From assembly GCA_012295275.1 (NCBI GenBank), contig CM022669.1, positions 3,596,001 to 3,660,000 on the forward strand: DNA of 64,000 nucleotides, in the 5' to 3' direction. Shown piece after piece: positions 13,841 through 30,048 of this stretch. This DNA is from Chrysomallon squamiferum (Eukaryota; Animalia; Mollusca). The position numbers were made by a program, and so were the translations under genes. How positions within the stretch are numbered: position 1 is the first letter of the stretch; each line of letters opens with the position of its first letter. A model generated the notes under the pieces. It made no database searches. It was given only the letters and a program-made list of their open reading frames with translations, and was not told the DNA's origin.

Positions 13841-14784
13841 CTAGATTGTAGTTTTAAAAGAAAAGAAAAAAGAAGAAAAATAGAACTCTGTTAATATTTC
13901 ACTTTTTTTTTTTTTTTTTTATATCACTTTCATCTGAAATAAAATGTTCTATATTTAGCACATAAATAACATGACAGCGCCAGTTCAAGAAAGTTACCTC
14001 TCTTGTGTAATGCTTTGGTCTGCTCAAACTGCCGATCAGATGTAAGTTTAAAATGTCAGTTCTTCAGACGCGGAACATCGTCTTTTAATATCCCATATAT
14101 CGATGTCCCCCCATAAAACGAAATAATCTTTTGTCAAGATAAAACTTTCAGGTTTTATTTTTAGAACGAACCATAAAGACGTGTTCGATAATCGTTCACG
14201 AAATCAAACAAACGTTTCATGCAGATTCCGAAAAATCTTTAAGGGTCTGTTTTTTTATTTGTTTACTGAAAGAGGCATCTCCGAATGTGACAATGACGCT
14301 TCAGACAATTAATTTATATCAGTGACGCCATCTATATAAAGAACAATTGTTCGTGCCATATATGGAATAACTCTTCAAAGTGTATAAGGAAGTAATGTTC
14401 AAAACATATAAGGAAATATTGTTCATACAATAAAAAAAAAAAAAAAAAAAAATGTTCATAAAATAAAATGAAAGGTTGTTATAGAATAAAAGGGAAATTT
14501 GTTCATAAAATGTAAGAACTTGTTCGCATTCAGTGTTAAAATTCTATTTTGTTATTTCTTTTAACTTCATTTATTTATTTATATATTTATCAGGATTTTT
14601 TATTTGATTTTATTGTGATGACAATTATATGAATACATCACTAACTCAATGATGATAGGGAATATGATGATGATGATGATGATGATGATGATAAAAAGAC
14701 AAACAGATATATTGGTAATTCAAGAGCAAAATAATGAAATGAAGAAAGAAGTGAGAAACAGTAATTGAAAAACAAAAAAGCGTT

Positions 14785-14864
<80 letters not shown>

Positions 14865-15049
14865 CGAATACATATCAGCTGAGTAACGATTCTAAATGAC
14901 ATCAAAGAAAATAAAACGTTAGTTATATTAGATGACTGGGGTATTTTACAAGTTACTTCTAGCTGATACATAAAATATTTGAAAACACTGATTAAATATA
15001 GTTAAATCTAATAAACTTTCATTAGCCTAATAACTAGACATAAATAACA

Positions 15050-15089
<40 letters not shown>

Positions 15090-16184
15090 ACAGATATATA
15101 TATAGATAGACAGATATACATATAAGTTGAATTTAATAATTAAATCTTTAATATATCATACTAACCCTTTTCCATTTTTCATCATCACCATCATCATCAT
15201 CATATTATTATTATTATTATTATTATTCAGAAAGTACTCTAAAATTAGGTCATCTTCAGAATGATAAATGATCTGCTCTTGAAGAAAAAAACAAAAGTTT
15301 AAAAGATTCTGGTACTGCTTTCCAAGAAAAAAACATTTGTTTTCATTTTCAGTTATCCGACTGATGAATGCCTTAGCATGCCCGGCTTTCAGCTAATTTG
15401 ATAACGGAAGCGGTGTTGGTGGATATTGTCGAATATTTTAAGCCCAGGCAGTGATTTTGGGCGAAACGAGTAAATTTGGTTAACAAGAATTGCACACAGG
15501 TGAAGAGTGGTAATAGACAGTTGGTGTGTAAAGCATCTAGTTACCGCCAATGCAAGACGATTATGACGTCGTCCAGTGACGATAGATGTTTGGAAAGCAG
15601 TACTTAAAACCTCCAGCTTTGAATCATTCGTCTGCCACGTGAGCTTAAATATTTACTTGTCAGTTTCCATGTCTCGCTGGCTCTACTGAAGCGGTAACGT
15701 TTATTTCCGAATTTATTTTATTATTTAAAAAAAAAACAAAAAAAACATATAAAATAAAAACTAAAAAACTAGATTATCCATAAAATTCATTGCAGTCTGG
15801 GTCAACCCAAACAGCAACTTGTGTTATAAAAAAGTGTTAAAATAAAGTTTATCCCTCGATTTATCGCTGGTTTTCAATTCGTATAAAAACAACAACAAAA
15901 AAGCTGAAAATTTGCGTCATGTTCCTCTTGTGACCTGCAGTGGTTAAATGTGTTTATTAATCTCGCGTTTCCTCCAACAAATAATGATATTTAACAGAGT
16001 ACAGACGAGCCAGATGAGAAGAGTGAGATAACACACAATGATCAGGTAATAAAACGGCTAAATATACACATGGAGATTTATTTAATCTGTCAAACAATGG
16101 CTTCTGGAAGCTGCATGCATATAGGATTTATCAGGCAGACGATTTATACGATATGTTACCCTTTGGACATGTTTTGTTGTTGTT

Positions 16185-16269
<85 letters not shown>

Positions 16270-16798
16270 GACCCTCCCGCAAGTAATTTCTTAATAATAA
16301 TAATAATAATAAACAATATAAATTTAAAACCCCCCAAAACATAATATAATTAAAAAATATATATAACAATATAACATATCATAATGTAATACAGCATAAT
16401 ATAAAATAACATAAAATAACATAGCACAGTATAACATAGCAAAACACAACATAATTATAATCAATACAATGAAATTCACTGTACATTTTCTTTTTTTTAT
16501 CTGAAATGTTTTTTTTTTTTTTTAAACTGTTTATATATATATATATATATATATCCTTTTTTTATCTTTAAAACAAAAGAGTGCATTCAAAGCATCTTTT
16601 ATCTATGGTACAGTATCGCTTATCCAGGTCAACAGGCGAATGCATCATCGCCGAACAAATCTAATTCATGTGATTGCTAAAATGTCTGGATCAAAAATCG
16701 ATTTTTTTCGTAGCGACACTAGTGTGATAAAAATAATAAATTGGTTCAATAAGTGGTGTACATGTGTGTTTATATATATATATATATATATATATATT

Positions 16799-16872
<74 letters not shown>

Positions 16873-18149
16873 CACCAGACATATCTATGATAATATATAA
16901 TAGATAAACATAGAACAAACATACACATACATACGATACATCCATACATAATTACGCATACATACATATACACACACAAACACCCACACACAAACACGTT
17001 TTTAAACACTTTATTTATTTACCTAAAACGAATTATTTTCTCTTAATCATTCTTTAACTAGAACTACCAAACGATGTTCCGTTAGCAATACCTGACTGGT
17101 CAAAATTCTAATCTAAAAGCTGGGAAAATGTAATTATTGTCCGCAAAGTAAATAAGATAGGATTAGCTTCTGGGTAGATGCTTTAACAAGCTCATTTCGT
17201 ATTTTCATATTGTCTAGCTGACTGTACATAAACTGTTTACCATGTTTTCCATCGAAGTTTCACAAACGATAGTTCTTCACCAACGTCTGCGCGAAACGCA
17301 ATAAAAGAATATAAAAACTTTGTAGCCATGTGTGGGTCTGCGAGGCGAAGCGGTGTTTATGGGAACGGGTACACTTTTCTTCTAAATTGTGTAGAAAGAA
17401 TTATATTATGCTAAGAGAATATTTCATTCAGACAGCAGGAAAAGTCAATTTTGCCGTTTCATTCCGCTCATTTTTCGCGATAACCGAGTGAAAATAAATT
17501 TTCCCCCATGAGATATAAAGAAATTTGAAAGATTAAATGAAAGACGAGTTATTGGAAACGTTCTTGTACTAACCTTGAAGAAGAAGAAGTTCGACGAAGT
17601 AAACGGTCCACGGAACTAAATGTAAGACCATTGATCGGTGTGAACTAAGATGAACAAACGTTGAGGTTAGTCTGACCAGAATTTATCACTTATCATCTTC
17701 AACCTCACAAAGGATTTATGTAATTCCCAGTCTGCCAGTTACTGTGTTTTCATCTTTCTTTCTCTCTCCTCGCTGTAGTCTCTCTGGTTCGCAGAGTTTG
17801 ATTTTACCGCACAGACGGCTGAGCAGAGCGAGAACCGCTTCGCTCGGAAGCCATGTTTCATTCATAAACTGCACTAAGATCTACGAAGTGTTGTCACACT
17901 GGATAAACTGCGCTCACAGTTCTTGGTAACATGGCCGTACTCAAGCCAGCCAGCGCTCTGAATTATTCTTCTCTTGATTTTACCATCGATCGAATTTAAT
18001 GCCAATTCTGCGTCGGTGTTTTCGGTTTGTTTGCATGGGTATTCATCATCTTTGGGCAGTCTGACTTAACGTTCTTTGTACGAAAATAGCGATGTACTCT
18101 ACATTTGGAATAAATTATGTAACTTTTGGAAACATAATTTGTGTCGACA

Positions 18150-18710
18150 TCATTATCATATTGAGTTTTTTTATCATCGTTATGGTTATCGGACGCTAAT
18201 TGTCACTATCGTATTCAATACCATAATTGTTATAGTAATTTGATTCTCATTTCAGAATCATAATCATTATCATCGTTTTATAATTAACATCATTATCAGG
18301 TTGTCGTCAACGTTGACATCATTATGTTCAATATTATCATTATCATCATACTCTTATATCCTCATTTTATCATCATCATTGTAATCTCATCCCATTTTAT
18401 CATCATTTTATTATCGCCAGAATCTATATCATGGACTTATCCTCATTATTATTATTTTCAAAATCATCATAATAATCATGGTGCTCGACATCATTATTAT
18501 CATCATCATACTCTTTTTGTCCTTATTTCATATATCATTATCATCACGATTATCTCATCTTTATAATCATCCTGTTCAACATCTTCGTTATCATTTTCTT
18601 ATTATTCATGATCCTCATTTTCATCCGCCATTATCATCCCCCCGTGTTCAACCCTTGTTATCATCACCGCGTACACCACTAACATCATCATTATCATCAT
18701 TTTCATTTCA
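18150..18710. repeat. Degenerate (ATC)n-derived low-complexity tract
   Basis: Continuous catcat/tatcat periodicity. Confidence 0.7.
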
Positions 18711-18977
18711 ACCCGTTCTCAAAGAGGGTGAAAAATCAATGATTTGATTTGCGGACTACACACACTGAGAAGACAGGTGTTCTCTTTAATAAGCATCACG
18801 TCTCAATTTGCAGAAATCAGCACCAGAAAGCAATACAAGCTGGCTATCTGGCCGCGATGGGAAACCTCGCAAATTTGAGGAATTTACACACAAGCTGCCT
18901 CGTCTTAGAGTTCAATTAGATTCTTCAATCCGCGGCTGTTTGCTCCATGTCTAACTGGCTGCTAATACAACTATTTC

Positions 18978-19790
18978 CAACTCCTAAATCTTTACAAAGA
19001 ACTACACAGTTGTTTACTTTTTAGTTCAAGAAATATTAATAAAAAAAGAGAGAGAGAGAGAGAGAGAGAAAACAAATATACGAATTTGTAACTCATAAGT
19101 CTCTATAAAGAAATCTGCATCGATACACTTTTTGTTTAAGAAATATTAATAGACAAAAGAAAAAAAAATACGGTTTTTCTAAATCTTAAATTTTTTAAAA
19201 AGAAAATCATATTTGTTTACTTTTTGTTTAAGAAATATGAATAAAAAAGAGAGAAAAAATATACGAATTTGTAACTCCTAAATCTTTTGAAAGAAAACTA
19301 CATTTATTTACTTTTTATTTTAGAAATATTAATAGAAAAAAGAAAAAAAAAATCTACAGATTCGTAACAGATTTGGAAATTTTTAAAGAAAACAAAAAAA
19401 AGAAAAAGTCTACTTATTTGTAGCTCCTAAATCTTAAGAAAACTAATCGCATTTATTTATTTATTTTAAGAAAAGAAAATATCTACGGTTTTATAAATAT
19501 TAATAATGAAAATCACACTTATTTACCTTTTTTTTAAAAAAAAAATTGACTTTGTTAATCCGTAATTTTAAAATATAACCATTTATTTTTAAAAGAAACT
19601 GAAAATAGAAAACATTTACAGATTTGTAAACCATATTTATTGTCTTGTTTTAAGAAAAGGTAAAAACATTTTATAACACCTATTTACTGATAACGAAAAT
19701 CACATTTATTTACTTATTCTAAGAAAAAGAAAATGAATGTCTAGGGATTTGCAAGTCTTAAAACTCAGCAACTTTAACCGCATTTATTAC
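18978..19790. repeat. Degenerate ~80-bp AT-rich satellite (~10 units)
   Basis: Recurring tacgaatttgtaactcctaaatctt...aagaaaa...tttgtttactttttgtttaagaaatattaata. Confidence 0.75.
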
Positions 19791-22700
19791 AATTTTTTTT
19801 TTTTTTTTTTTTTTTTTACAGAAGAAGATAAAAGAAGAAGAAAAGTTATTTAATTTTGTTAGTATTTGGAGCAAGAACGTCATAAATCATAAAAGTAATG
19901 AAAAAAGGTGTGGTGTTTGTATATAATTTCTATTTATAACAAATGAAATCAGAGTCCTGTTTTATCAGTTTATGAACGGAACATATATTTTAGATGAAAA
20001 GATCTCGTTTTTGTTCTTTTTTCTCAGAAGAGGTTTGTGAGATAAACTGAAGCGCAAGAGCGGTGAGATTACGAGGGGAAAGAAATAAAAACGAGACGAC
20101 TGGTTTACAGGAATTTTATAAGCCAGTGAACATCTGGAGCTGATACACTGAAGGGGAAAATTTTCATTTTCCGTCGACTTTGTTTTTATATTTTCTTTTT
20201 AACAAAACTTTCATTTTCAAACAAAATTCCACAACGCTAACCTTACCCCTCCCCTCTGAAATCATGATCGGCTCCTGTAACTGACAGACACTTGTCAGAC
20301 TACGTCGACGTATCAGGATAATTATAGAATTGATTAACGTGGGAGGCACCCATGAGAAAAATTAGACAACCACTAACTGCAGTTACCAGTGAACGATTAA
20401 CGAATTACACTTGTACATAGAGCAGCTATAGATTCACACAATTATCTACAAGGATAAACATAAAACATGTTTTATACTTGACCCTCTGCTATTTCTATAC
20501 CAAACAACTTCAGCTGTCGATTTTAAACATTTTTGTTTTGCATTGTTTGCATTGCTCCGTGTTTTTTTCAGTTCAGATAAAGAAAAAGGTATTTGATAAA
20601 TTATCAACATGACTGTATAAACATGGTTATTTTATTTGTTCTCACAGTGAACTTACGTTGGAAGTGTGTAATTATATAACTAAGGACTTAGGATTTATTT
20701 GCGGAGTAATAATCATAAAGGTAAATAACGCAAACATAACAGTACGTTAGACTCTGTACTTCAGCAACGTTTGGGTCAAAGACGTACGTAGTTTCCATTG
20801 ACCCGATAAAGCGATGGTGGTTAACCAGTGTACAGTGGAAGGGATCGAACTCTCTGACCTGGGGATGCGACACGCGCTACCTTTTCAAACTGAATTTACA
20901 CCTGACGCAGTGCTCTGAGTTCCTTGTACGAATCAGCATGTTACGTGTCTTAGTTTCTTCTGATAGTCTCTGCAGCAGTTTTGTTAGCTGCTGTGAATGA
21001 CATTATTCACATGATTACCTGTAATCATTATAGACTGTTTCACCTTTTTTAAATTACTGCACTTTTGAGTGACTTTTTTAAATATAAATCCTTGGATAGG
21101 GAATAACAGGTTGATAAACACATAAAATACATTAACTTCTTACTTTGTTTACAGTCATATAAATTGTGAAATTCAAGAAACAGATAAATATCTCGAATCA
21201 TTTTTTAATAAATTTATCCTTTTTATGCTGTTTGGCAGTTTTTCAAATAAGATGAAAGACAAAACGGTTAACTAAAAACTGAATCATATGTGTATAATTA
21301 AATTGTTGTTATTTTGCATGGTATCTTTCTGTGATATGTAAAATTTTAATAAATTATTTTAAAAAAGAAGATAATAAAATCTTCAGTGATGTCTAACTTG
21401 CAGTAAACAAAATACAGAATCTTCGATATATAAAACCAACAGCAAATTCGTCATAGCCTGTGGTTATAGGAATCTCTTTTAATTTATACACTTTATTTTA
21501 GTTTGTAGAAATTTGTGATTCCAGTGAAGGTCTCAATAAATAAAAATAAATAAATAAAAAAATAAAATAAAAATTATATACATTCGGATCGTATTTATAA
21601 ATAGTCGATATCCATGTGTTTTTACTAATATAATTAATTATTGTATACACATAAGACAACATTCGGATCATATTTATTGAAATTCACATCGCTCAGTTTC
21701 ATCTTATATAATTGATTATTTTATGCAGATTTTTGAATGAAAATGTTAGCGTACAGTACATAAAACATTTGATGTATAGTAAAGTAATGCGGAGATTCAG
21801 CCGAAAACCTTTGACTTCAGAATAAGATCTTCTAAGTAAAGGTTACTGAACCCTTGTTAAGTATAAATCTAGTGTCCATGTATTGATCAATCCAGCCAGT
21901 GGTTCCCTAAGACCAAGTGAATCTTCTGCTCAAACTGTTTTCTAGATCGCTGAGTCTTCAGCTCCTCTTTACGTGGCAAGAGACGAACGCTTATTAAATA
22001 CAGATTCTGATGGAAATAAACAGCTAACTACAGCTGAAGCAGCTGCCTGACATAACTTTCTGGATCACGATGCAGTTCGAGTTTTGTCTCAAGGCAAGTT
22101 TAATGTTAACAGGGTCATTGATTATTAAATATCGTCAATATCATTGCCAGAGAGGGAAAGAGTTGAAAAGCCTGTTGACCCGCTGCAGTAGAAAAACCAG
22201 GGGTTCAGTGCTTATTGTATAAGCATGCCATGCTGTTATATAAACTGATATATTAATTCAAACTCATAGTAGTATTAAATAGGGTCCAAAGGATTTAAAG
22301 AAAAGGTAGATTAATTCAAATTTAAATTCAAATTCTTCCTAACACAACATTCTGGATTTTTCAGTTATAGAAATCCTTTAAGTATGACGGAATGAACTGT
22401 TATGAGGAGAGTTCTATCAAACATAAACCAATCCATGACAGAAAGCGACAGACAAACATAATCTCAACCTTTTGCTTTCCGGATCATTGAATCTTTCTGA
22501 TTTCATTGGCAAGGAAGAATAATCAATCCATAACGAAAGTGATAAAGTAACTCAAGGTGAAGCGTTTACTTGTTCAGTTTTCTGGATCGTTGAATGTATA
22601 GTCCATGCCAACAGTTCACCATGATAACGACAATTTTCTTATTAAATACAGGACAATCAACTATGGCAAGGAATAGGCAAAATGAATGTGAACCTCCTTC

Positions 22701-23290
22701 AGGCATCAACTTTCGTATCACCGAGTCATATAAATCATTTCAGCGCGGCAAAGGGGCGTTAATGCTTAATAAAATAATGGGCCATATATCCGCGGAAAAG
22801 GTTAGAAAAACTCAAATTGAAACGTTTGCTGACATAATCTTTGGGTCACTGAGAAATGTAAATCCTGTCACTAATGGCATTCATTTTGGAATTTTGATAT
22901 ATAAAGTAATCACCTTTAAATTTGTTTGACACTCCATAGCCGTTGTGTGTTTTCTTGCTGGAATGTCGTTAAACATTCATTCATACTCTCTAAAGGCAAA
23001 GGTAGATATTGAAAAACCAATATATAATATAATCCAGTGTAATATTGAAACAGAGTAACTACAAATACTAAATATTCTGTTTATAAGAACAAATGAAGTC
23101 AAAACAGAACCAGAACGAAAATATTCTAATGATGATCATTGTTCAAGAAAACTCTTTTTCTTCTTTCACATAACACCTACGAGACCAGCACTGAATGTCA
23201 GTGTAGAGGCTTTATTAAAATATACTTCTAAATATACTTTTCATGATGGAAATGAATTATATGAATATGATGTCTATACTTCCACAAAGA

Positions 23291-23323
<33 letters not shown>

Positions 23324-26300
23324 AGAAGAAAAAAAAGATAATAATTAAAAAAAAGAAAAGCTTTGACCTTTTGATCGTACTATCATAGACGCACTTGAAT
23401 TATAGACAGTAAGATAGGTTTATAACAATAAACAAATGTCTAGAATTACCACATTTGTATAAATGATCCAAGGTCTTCAAAAACACGATACCTTTCTCTG
23501 TACCTTTTCATATCAAGCGGATTAGCGTAAAACAGATGCAGAGGTAAAAGAAGTAGAGAGATGCCAAGGTCGTTTCAAATTAACGTGAACGAGCGTGGCT
23601 CAGTCCAGAATTTTCTTGTGTAGAATTCTTTACGCGTTCTAAAACATTTGTTAAATAAATTGTAGCATTTCCAACTGCGATAAACAGATTCGTGAAGCAT
23701 TCGGATGGAGATGTTAAAATACATGAACAAAATATTTAATTTTATTTTAAAGCCAGGTTAATGAGACTTGCTAATTCACTACATTACTAATTATTATTCT
23801 GAAAGGATGAAACAAGGAAACACTTAAATTGGTTGCAGTTGACAATAAAATAGATTCATGATGCAGACTGATACGCTTGGTAAATTCTATTACTGAAATT
23901 ATTAAACTGAGCTAAAAATAGTTCAAGGTTCCTTACTTATAAAACCTGATGAAACCCTTTAAACTGATCTTCATTTAGATTAAAGATGCACATTCAAATA
24001 CTTACTAAACTGTTAACACCAATAAAAGTAAGGAAACCAGCAGTGGTATATATTTAGCCTCTAAACCTAAGCATCCAAAAGAAATATAATGCATTTGAAT
24101 AAAATAGATAAAAGGAAAAGATTTTATAAGAAAAGACTTGAACATAAAACTAAAATTTTGCTTGGAATGCAGGGATGTCTTACAATCCTGGTGTAAGTGA
24201 ACATAGTGCAGAATTTACTTTTCTCCACACTCGTATAAAGTCTAACAATAAATAGGATGCAGTATCTAATAATAATACTGTAGATGAAAAACAGATAATT
24301 TTTATAGAGAGGGATTAGTGTCAGTGAGCCTGTGTTGAAAACATCGATATTGAAAACAGTCTGCTTGCATTTGGCTATAAGACACTGATAGACTATTAAT
24401 TATAAAATAAAAAAAATAAAAAAGTATAAGTGCTAGTTATTTCTGAAGAAAATTGTTTTATCGATCATCTAACTTTTTTTAATAGATATTTATATGTACA
24501 TAATGACTGACAGCTCCATAGGTCGTGTTTATTATTAAGTGTGGTTATGGGTAAATATAGGATATTTTTATCAGAAATGTTTATGTTCACCTTTTGTGGG
24601 AATAAGGTATGATATTTCAAATTATATAGATTTTTTTCTTTTGTTTTGTTCATGTATGTGTGACTATATATATCTTATGTTCATCATTTATAATGTGTTA
24701 TCTAGCGCCGATTATGTGTTATATAATAGTCATACAGAGAAAACAAACCAAACTGTTCAAAATGTTTTGCGTTACATTATCTATTCATTATATAACAACA
24801 CAGTGAGAATGTATCATTTGAATGAAATCCCAGAGCACGTTTGGATTACAGGAAATTAAATTAGTTTATCAGTTCTAACTCTGTCAGTATCCAGTTTATT
24901 TAATCAGACACATTAATAGTGACCGAGTTTGTCGCGTTTCTTAATAACAGCACAAAACCACAGAAGCCAAAATTACATTCACAGAAGTAAAAATGTACAG
25001 TAATAGTTTCGATGATTGGATTTATTTGGGCGTGGCTGTGCATGCGTTCATGCGAGGGTGCGTGTACGTCTATGAGAGAGGTGGTGAGGAAAAATGTGGA
25101 TCAGTAATTGAATCAATAGTTTATATACATCCACTAATTAACTACATTAAATATCGGACTGTTTAATCAAACGGGAATTTCCAAAACAAGCAGAACAATT
25201 TCTAGGAGCGAAGTCCCTCTGATTGCAGTAGGTGTTTGAAGATAGCCAGAACAACACAGAGCTCTATTTACACCCAGGCTTTTCCGCGACGGGATTAGAT
25301 GAACATACATAATGAATTCAATAAATAACCAACCTCTGCTGAATAAATAATCAACCTCGTCATTTCATGTGATTTCATAACGTAAACCAGAGCGCTTTCT
25401 GCAGCATCTTCTTACGAAAGTAGAATGAACAGTGTTTCTACTTGATGAATTCTGGTAATGGATGGTTTCAACGCGAGACAGTTTTGACAAAGACGATAGG
25501 CATCTTAGAACTGCTGCTGCCCTTTGATTTATTAAACTAGGATGTGAAAGGAGACAGACTGACGGAGGAAAAACGTCAATAAAGTGTTTGAAAGATTTTA
25601 ATTATCCAGATTTTAATTATCCAACATAAATAAAGTATCCGGTTATTTTTAAATTGAGCGTTCTATCCACATTTACACACTGTCATTACTTTTGTACTAC
25701 AAACATATATAAAAACATTGATACAAACATACATATATGCATGCACACATGCATACATACATACATACATACATACATACATACATACATACATACATAC
25801 ATACATACATACATACATACATACATACATACATACAAACACACGTACACATTATAAAAACATACAAACATACAAACATATTTGCACACATCTATCCATC
25901 CATACACACAAACACAAAATACATACAAACATGTATAAAACAAATCTACATGTACACACGTACATACATACATTTTAATACAAAAATAAACAAACTGTTC
26001 TGCATGTTATTGTAGACTAATGCACTTTTTTATCTAGGAAATAAACACTTCCATTTGTTTACGAAAACATCAAGGTAAGCACACTTTTCGTTAAACTCTG
26101 CAGCTATAAAGTATTTTCAGAGCCTCTGCTCACAGATAATGTTCTCGTTCGAGTGAAATCGTTTGGAAATCGAAAATGTCATTATTTTTTTTTTCATTTT
26201 TTATTTATATTTTTGTGTTGTTATTTTCTATTTTCAAACTGGCGGGGCTATCGTAAAATATCGGACAACGCATTAACGCTTTGAGTTAAATTTTCATTGC

Positions 26301-26463
26301 GCATTGATCATTCATTCTGATTTATGCTTTCCTAGACTTTGGATATAAGTGTTTTTTTTTTCTTCTTCTGATTTAAGAAATACATTAAGGTCGTGAATTT
26401 TGATTTTTCAGTCCATTTTAATTCATTTCTTTCCTAGCAGATTTCTTTTTTTTTTTAATTCTT

Positions 26464-26495
<32 letters not shown>

Positions 26496-27240
26496 CATTA
26501 TTTCAATTTTTATCTGGATTAAGAAGTAAGTTTATCATTATTTCAAGTGGATTAAGTAAGTAAAACTATTTATTATTTACCATCATGGATTATAATCAGA
26601 TTGTGGCATCATCCTAAGACAGTCAAAAATAATTTAGCATTGTCTTAGCATTGACGGTCCAAGCACGTCGGTCGTGGACATGTTATTTTAACAAACCGGA
26701 GAACGCACGATGACGCGGGTTCTGGACGTTTCTGTAAATTAGAGTGTAAATGTTAAATCTTTCGGCTGACAGGAGAACGAATAATAGGAACTGGTTTTGT
26801 GTATTGATTATTTTTCTCGTTATTGAGGATGTTATCGGATAAACCTGGCTTAGTCCACACACCAAATCACGGATTTACCATCTTAAACACAACAGCAGAC
26901 TTCAATTAATTTTTCTTACACCTCGAAACGATGTATTGCGATGAATCACGCGCATACGTGGACCTTATACATTTGTCTGTCTGTGTACGAGACTGTCTCT
27001 CCAGCTTTAAATGTTTAATAAACTGTATCTCTCTGTCTATGCATCTTTGTATCTCTACGTACGTACGTAGATATGCTTGTGTGTTTGCATGTAGGTATAT
27101 AAATATGTGTATTTGAAGTAATGTGTTTATGTGTGTGTGTGTGTTTGTTTATTATTTTCCTAGACAGAGAGAGACCGACAGGGAGACAGATGGATACAAA
27201 TATAAATTTGAAATGGAAAGGTACTCGTAATATGTCCTAC

Positions 27241-27326
<86 letters not shown>

Positions 27327-29934
27327 GGTAGAGGAAAATAGGATACGACTGGTCTGTAAGCAGACCCCTAGAGAGACATAGTGAGAGACACTTAGATTTG
27401 TCAACAGGCGTGTTTCAATTATCCAATAACATGGTCATTGGATTCACATGTAATTGAATGTGGTCAACGTAACGCAGCTGCATGGAGTCAAGTATATTGA
27501 TATTTTCTTTGGTGGCCCTGTTTATATTTCTGTGTTAACATTGCTCAGTAATTATGATGGATCGGGAGCCAGCCGGTTTGTCACGAGACTAATTATTGTT
27601 TCATCACTTTTTATTTATTTTTTATTTTATTTTTTTCAAATCCATTACGAACGTCCTGAGAGTCTGGGACACTTGAGACTTGGGAACAAACGCTTTTCCT
27701 ACTCAGTGACTCTTCTGCTTGCACAGACATCATTGATCGTTTCAATGTATATGTCTGAATGAATCATTTTGTTTTGTTGAAAAAAAAAAAAAAAAAAAAA
27801 AAAGAAGAAGAAGACGAATAGTTAAATCCACTAACTGAATCGGGATTTATAACCTAACCTCCTTCACCTCGATCATTCCTTGCGACGTACTTTTATAAAT
27901 ACCATTGATCCTTTGGGGATGCATATTTGGGACAAAAGAATAAGAAAAGGAGAAAGTGGTTCTTCCTAGATTTTTGTACATTTCGATCGATTCCGTTCTC
28001 TTGTCGATCGATTGCAAACGTAAGCACGAATAACAAGTCTACTGCAGTGTGATTTACACTGATCTCCACGCCCGACATTACCCGACTGAGTGTAGTCGCG
28101 TAATAAATATAAACGCCGTTTCTAATAATAAACGTACGATAAACCACGTCCTGGGCAGATTATTAAACTGGTATTGTTATTCTAACGTGTGTTCAGCTGT
28201 TATCGTTACACAGCAGATACATTTTATTGTATAGCAATATCTGCATGATAATGTTTTCAGCTCGATTTGCTTTAATTGTTTTGTTTTAATTTATATTTTT
28301 TGGTCTCAAACCGGAAGAATTGCCAAGGTCAAGGACGTGTTGAATTTCTATTTTGAATAAATGTGGTTAATTTCTTTAGTTGAATGTCCTCGATTATTTA
28401 TTTCTATTTTGAATCAGGAAAACTTAGTAAGGTTAATTTCTAATTTCAAAGATTTTTTTTTATTTTTCTTCTACGCGATGCTAGCTACACAGAGCAGAAA
28501 TATGTAAATAGCGCTGTGTTAATATTTTTAAATTATCATTATCGACATCAGTACTTTATTTATTTATTTATTTATTTATTTACTTGTTTATTTCACATCC
28601 TGAAGTCTTCTCAACCTATGTTCAACGTTAGAATTTAAATCGATGACAAAAAAAAAAAAAAAAAAAAGTAAAAAAAATATCTACAAGATGAAAACGAAAA
28701 GGATAAAAAAAGAGAAAACTGTTCAATCGATAATAATGGTTAAAAAGTCACATTGTGCACGAAATCAGTAATAAAAAAAAAAGAAAGAAAAGAAAAGAAC
28801 GAAAAAAAGAAGCCAGTATTTTACAATTAATCTCTGGAAACAACTATAAATAAAAATAAATAAATATCAGGCTGTTAACAGTAATTGAAGCTGATTGCTA
28901 CGTTATCCTCAGTTTCTTTGGAACCATATTTGTTTGAGGGTTTTTTTGGGGGGGTTGCAGTGTATTATAAGAATAAAACAAAGAATAAATTACTGAATGA
29001 ATGGATGGATAAAATATTGAACAAGTGAATGAATGGATGAATGACTGTACAAAGTAATGACTAAATGATCGGATGAATGATTGAACTGCACAGATGAATG
29101 AAATACAACAAATTTAATTTTTTAATGAAATTAATCGTTAGCCTCTTCTTTTAATGCTGGTATTAAAAACTGAAGTTAGTTAAATATACAGTTAAAACAT
29201 TTTTTTTTTCTGTTTTATTTGTAAAGACAAATCCCGTTTATAATTTTAATCATAATTTTTAATTAATGCACATTGTCTTTCTTAACAATTTCCTTGCTTT
29301 GTATTGCGTGCCTACGTGTATAATATTAAATGCGCATGTTTTCTCAATCTGTTTTACAAGAATGTGCAGACTGAAAGCTGTACACATTAAATCACAACAA
29401 CTGACAGCTTTACAACTATAAACTTAATTCTATTCCAGACATTAAATCGTAGAAAAAGAAACAATAACTGCTTTTATATCTACAGAAGTAATTACAATAC
29501 GTATACCAGTTATTTATTACTAGAGAGATTTCCGTCCTTTCAGCAAGGAAAAAAAAAAAAAAAAAAAAAAAAAAACATACTAGAAAATCTTTATACTGAC
29601 AAACAGACAAATAATTAAACAGAAAAATAATCAAAACAAGAACCACAGATTTCTCATGCTTAAGTAATAAAATCTTGATAAACTGTTTAACTAATGAATA
29701 AATTGTTGGTCGACTAAATGCGCAGATGACTCACTGAATGAGTGAATTAATAAAAGAATGATTGAGTGAATGAATAAATCGATAATTGGTTGACTGATTG
29801 AATGATTATCTGATTTAATGATGAACTGACAGACTAACTGAATGAATAAATTAGAAACTGGTTGACTGGTTCACATTTCAAGCTATTTTAATATTAACTT
29901 CCAAATAAACAGTTTTGGTATGACGATGATATGG

Positions 29935-30048
29935 GAGGAAACCCACGTGCTACTCTAATCAGCAACAATAAATCTTTTAAATGCACCTTCCCACTAATGG
30001 GAGAAAAACACATACCACGGCCTTTGATTAAATCAGCCACAGAGCAGT
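29935..30048 (-). mobile_element. Degenerate SINE fragment (gastropod tRNA-SINE central domain)
   Basis: gaggaaaccc...gctactct..cagcaa...atcttttaaatgcaccttcccac...cacataccacggcctttg resembles an abundant gastropod SINE recalled from memory. Related decayed copies occur at ~850-892, ~11830-11950 and ~39380-39465. Confidence 0.6.

Noticed and set aside
13262-13894. Plus-strand ORFs of 125, 60 and 83 aa
   Set aside because: Antisense shadows of the GC-richer HCN exon.
22594-22929. 111-aa non-repetitive ORF
   Set aside because: No recognisable domain or convincing splice context.
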